Origin: an uncultured Actinomycetes bacterium
GTDB taxonomy: Bacteria; Actinomycetota; UBA4738; HRBIN12
Direction of reading: 5' to 3'
Assembly (NCBI GenBank): GCA_963723855.1
Contig: CAVRSI010000011.1
Coordinates: 122,181 to 186,180, forward strand
Length of the DNA stretch: 64,000 nucleotides
Below the pieces are notes generated by a model. That model made no database searches. It was given only the letters and a program-made list of their open reading frames with translations, and had not been told where the DNA came from. Shown here piece by piece: positions 14,769 to 23,260 of the stretch (position 1 is the stretch's first letter; each line of letters starts with the position of its first letter). The translations under genes were made by a program, and so were the position numbers.

Positions 14769-16223
14769 TCAGCCCGGCGTTGTGAGTGGGATGTCCAGAT
14801 GGAACGACAGCCGGCCGTCCGCGACTTCCGCCCACGCGCGGCCGCCCTGCGCGCTCGCCACGCCGCGCGCCACGAACAGGCCGATCTTGCTGCCCGCGCC
14901 CGTCCCGGGCCGGCGTGCGGCGAACAGCGCCTCGGCATCGACGCTGGTGAGCTCGGTCCCGTCCCGCCACACGGTGAGCTGCAAGCGATCGCCGACGCGG
15001 CCCCCTTCGATCGTGATCGGCCCTTCTCGTCCCCACCAGGCCTGCGCCTCGATGAACGACAGCAGCGCGCTCTTCACGCGCGCGGGATCGGCGACGACGA
15101 CGTCGCCCTTCCCGGCCCAGCGCACCTCGGGATGCTCGGGGTCGCGTTTCACCGACGCGACGATCCCCCGACCCAGCTCCGTCAGATCGATCCGTTCCGG
15201 GAACATCTCGAGCGTGCCCGCTGCGACCCGGCCGGCGTCGACCAGCAGGCGCAGGATCGCGTCCATCCGGTCGGCGTCGTAGACGATGCCTCGGAGCATC
15301 AGCGCCCGCTGCTCCTCCGTCATGATCTCCCACCGCTTCTCCAGCGCGTAGCCGAAGCCCTTCATCGCCGTCAGGGGCGAGCGGATGTCGTGAGCGGCGG
15401 CGGCCACGATCGTCTCGAGCGCGACGGTGCCGCTTCGACGCCTCCGAGCCCATTCGAACAGACACACGGTGGCGGCGGCCGCGAGGTTGAGCGACTCCGC
15501 CTTGCCCTGATGCGGGACCCGAACCGTGGCGTCGGCCAGCGCGAGGACGTCGTCGGGCAGCCCGTGCGCCTCGTTGCCGAACACGAAGACGACCGGCACG
15601 CTCAGGTCCACAGCGTATAGGTCCTGTTCGCCGTGCCCATCCATCGCGAGCACCCGCATCCCCTTGTCGCGTGCCCCCTGGAGGACGGCTGCCGTTCCCT
15701 CGTCGCGGACGATCGGCAGATGGAAGATCGACCCCGCCGAGGATCGCACGGTCTTGGGGTTGTAGACATCCACCGAGCTGGCCGTGAACACGACTCCCCC
15801 GGCCCCGGCGGCGTCCGCCGACCGCAGCACCGTTCCGGCGTTGCCGGGGTCACGCACTTCGTGCAGCACCGCCACGCACCCGTCGCTCGGCAACGCGTCG
15901 GACCCGACGTCGAGGAACGGGCACACACCCACGATCCCCTGCGGCGTCACCGTGGACGTCAGCTTGGCCATCACGTCCGAGCTGACCTCGTTGACGTCGA
16001 CGCCCGACTGACGTGCGCGGACCGCCAGTGGGTCCGCCCCATCGCTCACGAACAGCGCGAGGAGGGCCTCGGGATGCTCCAGGGCCTCACCGACCCCCTG
16101 GGCTCCTTCGACCAGGAAGCGGCGATCGTCTTCGCGGAACGCGCGCTTCTTCAGGCGAACGGCCGCGGCGATCTTCGGGTTCTTGATGGACGTCAGCACG
16201 GCACCGGATCCGCCACGAGACAC
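14769..16223 (-). CDS. TrmH/SpoU-family rRNA 2'-O-methyltransferase (RlmB/TsnR-like) fused to a C-terminal histidine-kinase catalytic core (HisKA + HATPase_c)
   Basis: The N-terminal ~260 aa carry an L30e-like domain plus SpoU motifs (RDPGNAGTVLRS, FGNEAHGL, ESLNLAAAATVCLFE). The C-terminal ~220 aa carry an H-box (AAHDIRSPLTAMKGF) and G-box (GSKIGLFVARGVASAQGG). It is one continuous 484 aa ORF. Confidence 0.8.
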   Translation of the reverse strand: MSRGGSGAVLTSIKNPKIAAAVRLKKRAFREDDRRFLVEGAQGVGEALEHPEALLALFVSDGADPLAVRARQSGVDVNEVSSDVMAKLTSTVTPQGIVGVCPFLDVGSDALPSDGCVAVLHEVRDPGNAGTVLRSADAAGAGGVVFTASSVDVYNPKTVRSSAGSIFHLPIVRDEGTAAVLQGARDKGMRVLAMDGHGEQDLYAVDLSVPVVFVFGNEAHGLPDDVLALADATVRVPHQGKAESLNLAAAATVCLFEWARRRRSGTVALETIVAAAAHDIRSPLTAMKGFGYALEKRWEIMTEEQRALMLRGIVYDADRMDAILRLLVDAGRVAAGTLEMFPERIDLTELGRGIVASVKRDPEHPEVRWAGKGDVVVADPARVKSALLSFIEAQAWWGREGPITIEGGRVGDRLQLTVWRDGTELTSVDAEALFAARRPGTGAGSKIGLFVARGVASAQGGRAWAEVADGRLSFHLDIPLTTPG

Positions 16224-16248
16224 CCGAAGCGCATGGCTCCGGCTTCCG

Positions 16249-16614
16249 TCAGGATGCGGCGGGGAGTGCCGACTTCGCGGTCTCGACGAGCGATGCGAAC
16301 GCCGCCGGATCGTTCACCGCGAGATCGGCGAGGATCTTGCGGTCGACCTCGACGCCGGCGGTCTTGAGTCCGTTCATCAATCGCGAGTACGACAACCCGT
16401 GCGGCCGGGCGGCGGCGTTGATCCGCACGATCCAGAGCCGGCGGAACTGCGCCTTGCGATCGCGGCGATCGCGGTAGGCGTAGTTGCCGGAGTGCATGAC
16501 CTGTTCCTTGGCCACGCGGTAACGCGTGTTGCGGCTCCCCGTGTAGCCCTTCGCCTTCTCGAGGATCTCGCGGCGCTTCTTCTTCGCGTGGACCGATCGC
16601 TTCACCCGTGCCAT
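16249..16614 (-). CDS. rplT: 50S ribosomal protein L20
   Basis: 121 aa starting [18 protein letters not shown]. Confidence 0.95.
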   Translation of the reverse strand: MARVKRSVHAKKKRREILEKAKGYTGSRNTRYRVAKEQVMHSGNYAYRDRRDRKAQFRRLWIVRINAAARPHGLSYSRLMNGLKTAGVEVDRKILADLAVNDPAAFASLVETAKSALPAAS

Positions 16615-16618
16615 ACGG

Positions 16619-16810
16619 TCATGCCCCCAACAGTCGCTTGATCTTCTTGCGCTCCGCGGTGACCTCCGACATGCCTTCGACACGCCGGCGCCGGCTGGAG
16701 CTCTTCTTCGTGAGCATGTGGTTGCCCGTCGCCTTGCGGTGGAGCAGCTTCCCGTTCCGCGTGATGCGGAACCGCTTCGCCGCCGAGCGGTTGGTCTTCA
16801 TCTTCGGCAT
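16619..16810 (-). CDS. rpmI: 50S ribosomal protein L35
   Basis: 63 aa starting [14 protein letters not shown]. Confidence 0.95.
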   Translation of the reverse strand: MPKMKTNRSAAKRFRITRNGKLLHRKATGNHMLTKKSSSRRRRVEGMSEVTAERKKIKRLLGA

Positions 16811-16817
16811 CTCGATG

Positions 16818-17372
16818 TCACCCTTCGTCGGATGCGGGTGCCGCACCTGAGTCGGTCTCGGCCACCTTGGCCTCGACCTGTTTCTTGGTGGGGGCGATCA
16901 CCATGATCATGTTGCGCCCCTCTTGCTTCGGCATGGACTCGACGACGATGGTATCGCCGAGCTCCGAGATCAGTTGGTCCAGGATCTTGCGTCCGAGGTC
17001 CGTGTGCGCCATCTCGCGCCCGCGGAACATGATGGTGATCTTGACCTTGGCTCCCGCCTTCAGGAACCGTTCGACGTGGCCCTTCTTCGTGGCGTAGTCG
17101 TGCCGGTCGATCTTGGGGCGGAACTTGATCTCCTTGACCTCGACCCGCGATTGCTTCTTGCGAGCCTCCTTCTGGCGGATGTCGCGTTCGTACTTGTACT
17201 TGCCGTAGTCCATGATCCTGCACACCGGCGGATCGGCCTGCGGCGCGACCTCCACGAGATCCAGGTCGAGGTCCCGAGCCTGTCTCAGAGCGTCCTGGGT
17301 GGAAACCACCCCGATCTGCTCACCGTCGGCCCCCACCAGACGAACCTGTGGAGACCTGATCCGGTCATTGAT
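16818..17372 (-). CDS. infC: Translation initiation factor IF-3, non-AUG (ATC) start
   Basis: The conserved IF-3 N-terminus INDRIRSPQVRLVGADGEQIGV is in frame with an in-frame TGA a few codons upstream. The only initiator-like codon is ATC at about 17372, consistent with the unusual IF-3 start codons known in other bacteria. Confidence 0.88.
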   Translation of the reverse strand: MNDRIRSPQVRLVGADGEQIGVVSTQDALRQARDLDLDLVEVAPQADPPVCRIMDYGKYKYERDIRQKEARKKQSRVEVKEIKFRPKIDRHDYATKKGHVERFLKAGAKVKITIMFRGREMAHTDLGRKILDQLISELGDTIVVESMPKQEGRNMIMVIAPTKKQVEAKVAETDSGAAPASDEG

Positions 17373-17403
17373 CCTCGGATCTTGCGAGACCCCGCATCAC
17401 CTC

Positions 17404-17500
17404 TTTCGAAAAACAAGCACCGGTCGAGCCGGTGCGCGGACGACACACGTTCTGCCCTGCTGGCCAGCCAGTATAGGTGCCGCCCGCCTCACGTGTCGAC
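17404..17500 (-). promoter_or_regulatory. infC leader: putative promoter (TCGACA-N18-TATACT) followed by an intrinsic-terminator-like hairpin (GCACCGG-CTCGA-CCGGTGC-TTGTTTTT)
   Basis: On the minus strand the promoter-like hexamers precede a perfect 7-bp GC stem plus T-tract (plus coordinates about 17408-17437). The infC start follows directly. Confidence 0.45.
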
Positions 17501-17506
17501 GACGCC

Positions 17507-17848
17507 TCACCAGTCGGGTTCGAGCGGTCTTCCGTACGCATCCTCGAGACGTTGGGTGTCGTCCTCGGTGGTGTATCCGTACGCGATCTCGAGCACCCTG
17601 CCTCGTGTGGTGCCGACGTTGCGGATGCGATGGGTCTCCTCGGCGGCGACCATGAACTCCTCGCCCGCCTGCGCCTCGACGACGCGGTTGCCGATCTCGA
17701 CCGTGAGACCGGGGTCGAGGACGACCCACATCTCGTCCCGCATGCGGTGGTAGTGAACGCTGGTCTCATGGGCGGGCTCCACCGTGATCATGCGAACGGA
17801 GGACGGCTGGTTGAGGGCGTAGGTCGCGACCTTGCCCCAGGGCTTGTC
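17507..17848 (-). CDS. Small cupin-domain protein
   Basis: About 113 aa from a GTG start with cupin motifs (PWGK..., HYH...E..., G.RV). It sits immediately downstream of ribH. Confidence 0.6.
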   Translation of the reverse strand, partial: DKPWGKVATYALNQPSSVRMITVEPAHETSVHYHRMRDEMWVVLDPGLTVEIGNRVVEAQAGEEFMVAAEETHRIRNVGTTRGRVLEIAYGYTTEDDTQRLEDAYGRPLEPDW

Positions 17849-17853
17849 GACGA

Positions 17854-18372
17854 TCACGGGGTCCCCCCTATCGTCACCGTCTGCTCGCTCCCCTCTCCGA
17901 TCCCGGCGTCGGGCAGCTGCTCCAGCACCGACACCATCGAGAGCACGGCGTCTGCCGCCTCCCAACCCTTGTTGCCGTGCGCGCCGCCGGCGCGATCCTC
18001 GGCCTGGGCCAGGTTCTCGACCGCGAGGACCTCGAAGATGACGGGGATGCCCGTGTCGCGGGCGACGTCGGCGATGCCTCTGGCCGCCTCGTTCGCTACC
18101 AGATCGAAATGCGCGGTCTCACCGCGGATCACCGCGCCCAGGCAGATGACGCCGTCGAACCGACCGGAGCGAGCGAACCGCTGCGCGACGAGCGGGATCT
18201 CGAACGCGCCCGGCACCCAGGCCACGTCGATGGCGTCGTCCGCCACCCCGAGGGCAGTCAGTCGGGCGACCGCCCCGTCGACGAGCTTGCGGGTGATGAC
18301 CTCGTTGAAGCGCGCCGCGACGATCGCGATCCGCCGGCCGGCACCCTGCGCGGGACCCTCGTAGACGTTCAC
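17854..18372 (-). CDS. ribH: 6,7-dimethyl-8-ribityllumazine synthase
   Basis: 172 aa with the typical RibH core ([10 protein letters not shown]..., GAFEIP). Confidence 0.9.
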   Translation of the reverse strand: MNVYEGPAQGAGRRIAIVAARFNEVITRKLVDGAVARLTALGVADDAIDVAWVPGAFEIPLVAQRFARSGRFDGVICLGAVIRGETAHFDLVANEAARGIADVARDTGIPVIFEVLAVENLAQAEDRAGGAHGNKGWEAADAVLSMVSVLEQLPDAGIGEGSEQTVTIGGTP

Positions 18373-19649
18373 CGTTCGCCCGCTCCATCCAGGACCGGCG
18401 CATCGGGCAGGCCGTCGAGCAGGTGACCCATCTTCTCTCGCTTGGTCCGCAGGTATCCGATGTTCTCGGGCGTGGGCTCGGTCTGGATCGGGATACGCGC
18501 GGAGATGGACAGCCCGTGCCCCTCGAGGCCGGCGCGCTTCGCAGGATTATTCGTGAGCAGCCGCATCGTCCGAACGCCGAGGTCGACCAGGATCTGCGCG
18601 CCGATCCCGTACTCGCGCGGATCGGCCGGGAACCCGAGGTCGGTGTTGGCCTGGACGGTGTCGCGGCCCTGGTCCTGCAGCTCGTACGCGCGGAACTTGT
18701 GGGTCAGCCCGATCGCCCTGCCCTCGTGCCCGCGGATGTAGAGGACGACGCCACGGCCCTCCTTGCCGATGATCTCCAACGACCGGTGCAGCTGCTCGCC
18801 GCAGTCGCACCGGAGCGACGCGAAGACATCCCCCGTCAAACACTCCGAGTGCACACGCGTCAGGACGTCTCGCCCGTCGCCGATGTCTCCGTGCACCAGG
18901 GCCACGTGCGTCCGGCCGTCCACGGCACTCTCGTACGCGTAGGAACGGAACTCGCCGTACGGGGTCGGGATGGTCGCCTCGGCCACCTTCGAGACGAGGA
19001 TCTCGTTCGCGCGCCGGTAGGCGATGAGGTCGGCGATCGAGATGATCTTCAGCCCGTGTTCGGCGGCGAAGCGCACCAGATCCGGCAGCCGGGCCATGGA
19101 GCCGTCCTCGTTGACCGTCTCGCAGAGGACCCCCGCCGGGTACAGCCCCGCGAGACGCGCCAGGTCGACGGACGCCTCGGTGTGACCCGCACGCTTGAGG
19201 ACGCCGCCCTCCCGGTAGCGAAGGGGGAAGATGTGCCCCGGACGGGAGAGGTCCTGCGGAACGGTGTCGGGATGGACGATCGCCTGGATCGTGCTGGCCC
19301 GGTCGGCCGCCGAGATCCCCGTGGTGACGCCCCGGCGCGCATCCACCGAGACGGTGAACGCCGTGTGGCGCTGATCGGTGTTGTCGGCCACCATCAACGG
19401 GATCTCCAGCTCGTCGAGGCGATCGCCGACCACGGGCATGCAGATCACGCCGCTCGAGTGCCGCACGATGAACGCGATCGCCTCGGGCGTCACCTTCTCC
19501 GCCGCCATGATCAGGTCGCCTTCGTTCTCTCGGTCGGCATCGTCGACGACGATCACCACCCGCCCGGCGCGGATGTCTTCGACCGCCTCCGGGATGGACG
19601 AGAACGGCGACGTCTCCGTGCCCGTGTGCTCCTGTTCGCTCATCGTCAT
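18369..19649 (-). CDS. ribBA: Bifunctional 3,4-dihydroxy-2-butanone-4-phosphate synthase / GTP cyclohydrolase II
   Basis: 426 aa starting MTMSEQEH. The DHBP synthase half is followed by GTP cyclohydrolase II zinc cysteines ([15 protein letters not shown]). Confidence 0.93.
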   Translation of the reverse strand: MTMSEQEHTGTETSPFSSIPEAVEDIRAGRVVIVVDDADRENEGDLIMAAEKVTPEAIAFIVRHSSGVICMPVVGDRLDELEIPLMVADNTDQRHTAFTVSVDARRGVTTGISAADRASTIQAIVHPDTVPQDLSRPGHIFPLRYREGGVLKRAGHTEASVDLARLAGLYPAGVLCETVNEDGSMARLPDLVRFAAEHGLKIISIADLIAYRRANEILVSKVAEATIPTPYGEFRSYAYESAVDGRTHVALVHGDIGDGRDVLTRVHSECLTGDVFASLRCDCGEQLHRSLEIIGKEGRGVVLYIRGHEGRAIGLTHKFRAYELQDQGRDTVQANTDLGFPADPREYGIGAQILVDLGVRTMRLLTNNPAKRAGLEGHGLSISARIPIQTEPTPENIGYLRTKREKMGHLLDGLPDAPVLDGAGER

Positions 19650-20272
19650 CGTCCTTCCATACCTTCGGCCATCTCTCCCCATTCTCCGGCGATCTCGTCT
19701 GCCATGAGCCGCTCGACGTATTTCGCGATCACATCGACTTCCAGGTTCACGACGTCCCCCGGAACGACCGTTCCCAGCGTGGTCACGGCGAGCGTGTGAG
19801 GGATCAACGCCACCTCGATAGCTTCGCCGGCGATCGCCGCGACCGTGAGGCTCACACCGTCCACCGAGACGGACCCTTTCTCCACGACGTAGCGGAGCAG
19901 TCCTTCCGGAACGCGAACGGCGATCACGGCGCCGCCGTCGTCGTCTCGGTCCATGCCGGTGACCTCGCCGACCCCGTCCACGTGCCCCTGCACGAGGTGG
20001 CCGCCGAGCCGCGCGGAGAGCGTCACCGGCCGCTCGAGGTTCACCGGGTCGCCGGGAGTGAGCCTGCCCAGGGTCGATCGATCGAGCGTCTCCGGCGACA
20101 GGTCGAACGAGAGGTCGCCGGCGCCTCTCGCGACCACCGTCAAGCACACCCCGTTCACCGCGACCGAGGCTCCGATGTCGCTATCGGTGACGACGGTCCG
20201 ACAGCCGACCACGAGCCGGGATGTGCCGGCTTCGAGCACGACGCCGCGCTCCTCAACGATCCCCGTGAACAT
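19646..20272 (-). CDS. ribE: Riboflavin synthase alpha subunit
   Basis: 208 aa ([10 protein letters not shown]...), two lumazine-binding repeats. Confidence 0.9.
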   Translation of the reverse strand: MFTGIVEERGVVLEAGTSRLVVGCRTVVTDSDIGASVAVNGVCLTVVARGAGDLSFDLSPETLDRSTLGRLTPGDPVNLERPVTLSARLGGHLVQGHVDGVGEVTGMDRDDDGGAVIAVRVPEGLLRYVVEKGSVSVDGVSLTVAAIAGEAIEVALIPHTLAVTTLGTVVPGDVVNLEVDVIAKYVERLMADEIAGEWGEMAEGMEGR

Positions 20273-21380
20273 CCGCCTCCACCTTCAGGTCGTCCCCGAT
20301 CCGTTCCACGCTCACGATGCGGAGCCCTAGCGCCCGACCGATGGGCGCGAAGCCCTCCCCCATGAGGATCCCGGGCGCCTCCGCGCCGCCGACCAGCTTG
20401 GGCGCCAGGTAGAGCACGACCCGGTCGATCAGGCGTTGCTCCACGAAGCTCCATGCCAGGGTCGCTCCGCCCTCCAGCAGGACGCCCTGCACGTCGCGCT
20501 TGCCCAGATGCGCCAAGAGGTCGGGGAGACAGACGCCCCCCGTCTCGTCGGTATCGAACGACTCGACGTCGGCTCCGGCGGCCGTCCACCCATCGACCTC
20601 GCCGCGTGAGGCTCGGCCGGTCGTGGCGACGAGGGTCGGAGCCGATCCGTCGAAGACGCGGGCGTTCGCCGGGACGCGGCCGGACGCGTCGACGACGACG
20701 CGCAGCGGAGGACGGCCTCGGTAGGAGGGCTCGCGGACCGTGAGCGCGGGATCGTCGTCGACCACGGTGCCCGCGCCGACCACGATCGCGTCGGACGCGG
20801 CGCGGAGGCGGTGCGCGTCCTCGCGCGCGGCCTCACCCGTGATCCATCTGGACGACCGGTCCGTCGCGGCCGTCTTGCCGTCGAGCGACGCGGCGGTCTT
20901 CAAGGTGACGAGCGGGAGTCCCGTCACGACGTGGCGTTCGAACGCGGCATTCAACCTGCGGGATGCGTCTTGCAGGACGCCGTCCACGACGTCGACCCCG
21001 GAGACGCGCAGGCGCTCGAACCCGCGGCCGTCGACGAGGGGGTTCGGGTCACCCGCCGCGACGATCGCCCGTGCGACGCCCGCCTCGACGATCGCGGTCG
21101 TGCACGGCGGCGTCCGTCCCACGTGATCGCAGGGTTCGAGGGTGCAATAGAGGGTCGCGCCGCGGGCCAGCTCGCCCGCGGCCTCAAGCGCCCGTGCCTC
21201 GGCGTGCGGGGTACCTGGGCCCTCGTGCCAGCCCTCGCCCACCACACGGCCGTCGCGAACGACGACGGCGCCGACCATGGGGTTCGGGGAGACGAGGCCT
21301 CGTCCGAGTGCCGCGAGCTCCAGGGCGCGCCGCATGTGACGCTCGTGGTCCCCGTCCTGCGCTGCGCCTGGCGTCGTCAT
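20253..21380 (-). CDS. ribD: Bifunctional riboflavin biosynthesis deaminase/reductase
   Basis: Has the CMP/dCMP deaminase zinc motif (HAEARAL..., TLEPC) and a C-terminal reductase domain. Probable start is ATG at about 21380, preceded by GAGG. Confidence 0.88.
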   Translation of the reverse strand: MTTPGAAQDGDHERHMRRALELAALGRGLVSPNPMVGAVVVRDGRVVGEGWHEGPGTPHAEARALEAAGELARGATLYCTLEPCDHVGRTPPCTTAIVEAGVARAIVAAGDPNPLVDGRGFERLRVSGVDVVDGVLQDASRRLNAAFERHVVTGLPLVTLKTAASLDGKTAATDRSSRWITGEAAREDAHRLRAASDAIVVGAGTVVDDDPALTVREPSYRGRPPLRVVVDASGRVPANARVFDGSAPTLVATTGRASRGEVDGWTAAGADVESFDTDETGGVCLPDLLAHLGKRDVQGVLLEGGATLAWSFVEQRLIDRVVLYLAPKLVGGAEAPGILMGEGFAPIGRALGLRIVSVERIGDDLKVEADVHGDR

Positions 21381-21444
21381 CCTCGAGCCTTCCATCGGGG
21401 CGAGGATCGGGCGAACGCGGCGCGCGGCTCCGCGCACACGGCGG

Positions 21445-21580
21445 AACCGCCACCCCGTCTCCTCCCATCCCGACTTTCACGGTCGGTCCCGGAATCTCAC
21501 CGGATCAACCCTCGCGTGGCTCGCGAGGGGTCGCGGACTTTCACCGCCGGTGGGGAATCGCACCCCGCCCCGGAAACGAG
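21445..21580 (-). ncRNA. FMN riboswitch (RFN element) controlling the ribD-ribE-ribBA-ribH operon
   Basis: The minus strand reads TTCCGGGGCGGGGTGCGATTCCCCACCGGCGGTGAAAGTCCGCGACC...GGTTGATCCGGTGAGATTCCGGGACCGACCGTGAAAGTCGGGATGGGAGGAG. This matches the conserved RFN core blocks. Confidence 0.88.
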
Positions 21581-21642
21581 TTATCTCGAGAACGAGTATA
21601 CGAGCGAGCCCGTCGGCCGGTCCAGGCGTGCGCCGCGGCCCG

Positions 21643-22572
21643 TCAGGGGGCGCGGCGGTCGATCGCGTACGACGAGCCGCCGTCACGCTTGGCGAACTGC
21701 TTCATCTCGGTGGCCACCGCGACCGCCTCGCCGTAGTGGAGGAACGCGCGCCGGGCCGTCGTGGCGATGCCGACCGAGATGGCCACGAGCGGCACGTCCT
21801 GCATGACCCCCTTACGGTCCTCCATGCGGATGAACCCGCGATCGAGATCCTCGGACTCGTAGAAGCCCGAACGCGAGCCGTCGAACCGTTCGCAGATGCG
21901 CTTCGCGACCGCCTCGGCGAAGTCGGGGTTCACCACGGCCACGAAGTCGTCTCCACCCACGTGTCCGACGAAGCCTTCGCCCGGATCGAACTCGACGACG
22001 GCGTCCTGGATGATGCGCGCCGTCGCCTGGATCAGCCGGTCGCCGCGCACGAAGCCCTTCTGGTCGTTGTACGTCTTGAAGTTGTCGAGGTCGCAGTACA
22101 GCACCGCGAACGGTCGCGCCTCGCGCACCTGCCGTTCGATCTCCTCCTGGATCCGGATGTTCCCCGGCAAGCCCGTGAGCGGCGAGAGGTTGCGCATCTC
22201 CTTCGCGCGACGGAGCGTGCCCTTCACGCGCGCCAGGAGCTCGATCGGGTCGAACGGTTTGATGATGTAGTCGTCGGCGCCGGACTGCAGCCCGGTCACC
22301 TTGTCCGCGGAGAGCGCCTTGGCGGTCAGCATGATGATGCTGGTGTTCGCGGTCTGCGGGTTCTTGCGCAGTCGCTGCGCGACCTCGAAACCGTCGATGC
22401 GCGGCATCATCACGTCGAGGAGCACCAGGTCCGGACGGAGCTCCCCGGCCTTCTCGAGCGCCTCTTCGCCGTCGGCCGCGACGGCGACGTCGTAGCCGGC
22501 CGATCGGAGGTTCACCTCGACGAACCGCGCGATATCGGGATCGTCGTCGACGACGAGGATGGTCTCGGCCAT
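21643..22572 (-). CDS. Response regulator with receiver domain and GGDEF-type diguanylate cyclase domain (signature reads GGDDF)
   Basis: N-terminal REC domain (VVDDDPDIARFV...LLDVMMPRIDGFE...) followed by GGDEF-domain blocks (LTGLPGN..., DLDNFKTYND..., HVGGDDFVAVV). Confidence 0.85.
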   Translation of the reverse strand: MAETILVVDDDPDIARFVEVNLRSAGYDVAVAADGEEALEKAGELRPDLVLLDVMMPRIDGFEVAQRLRKNPQTANTSIIMLTAKALSADKVTGLQSGADDYIIKPFDPIELLARVKGTLRRAKEMRNLSPLTGLPGNIRIQEEIERQVREARPFAVLYCDLDNFKTYNDQKGFVRGDRLIQATARIIQDAVVEFDPGEGFVGHVGGDDFVAVVNPDFAEAVAKRICERFDGSRSGFYESEDLDRGFIRMEDRKGVMQDVPLVAISVGIATTARRAFLHYGEAVAVATEMKQFAKRDGGSSYAIDRRAP

Positions 22573-23238
22573 CTACGCTGCCACCTCTCCTCGCGCGATC
22601 GCGGCAAGCTCACGAGCGGCCGTCGTCGGATCGGGCGCCTGGAAGATCGCCGATGCGGCGACCAACACGGTGGCTCCCGCATCGACCGCGCGTTGCGCGT
22701 TGTCGATCTTGACCCCGCCGTCGAGCTCCACATCGGTGGACAGGCCGCGTCGGTCGACCTCGCCCCGCACGGCCTCCAGCCGCGGGTAGACGTCGGGGTT
22801 CAACTCCTGTCCCGACCAGCCCGGCCTGATGCTCATGAGCATCACGTCGTCCAGATCGTCCAGGTACGGGAAGACGGCGTCGACCGGTGTCTCCAGGTTG
22901 AGCGTCATCCCCACGCGCATGCCGGCGCCTCGAGCCTTGGCGATGACGGGCGCCGGGTCCGCGACCGCCTCGTGGTGGAACGACACGATGTCCAGACCCG
23001 CCTCCGCGAGGTCGTCGAACAGGGACTCCGGGGCCTCCACCATGAGGTGTCCGTGGAACGCGCGGTCGGTCACCGGCCGCAGCGAGGCAACGACCACGGG
23101 TCCGATCGTGAGCGGCGGGACGAAGTGCGCATCCATGACGTCGATATGGATTGCTTCGGCATACATCTCCACCAGCTTGACCTGGTCGGCGAGGTGCGCG
23201 AAGTCCGCGGACAGGATCGAGGCGGAGAGCTTGCCCAT
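22573..23238 (-). CDS. rpe: Ribulose-phosphate 3-epimerase
   Basis: About 221 aa starting MGKLSASILSADFAHL, TIM-barrel Rpe motifs. Confidence 0.9.
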   Translation of the reverse strand: MGKLSASILSADFAHLADQVKLVEMYAEAIHIDVMDAHFVPPLTIGPVVVASLRPVTDRAFHGHLMVEAPESLFDDLAEAGLDIVSFHHEAVADPAPVIAKARGAGMRVGMTLNLETPVDAVFPYLDDLDDVMLMSIRPGWSGQELNPDVYPRLEAVRGEVDRRGLSTDVELDGGVKIDNAQRAVDAGATVLVAASAIFQAPDPTTAARELAAIARGEVAA

Positions 23239-23260
23239 CCGGGCTATCGTACCCGCACCG

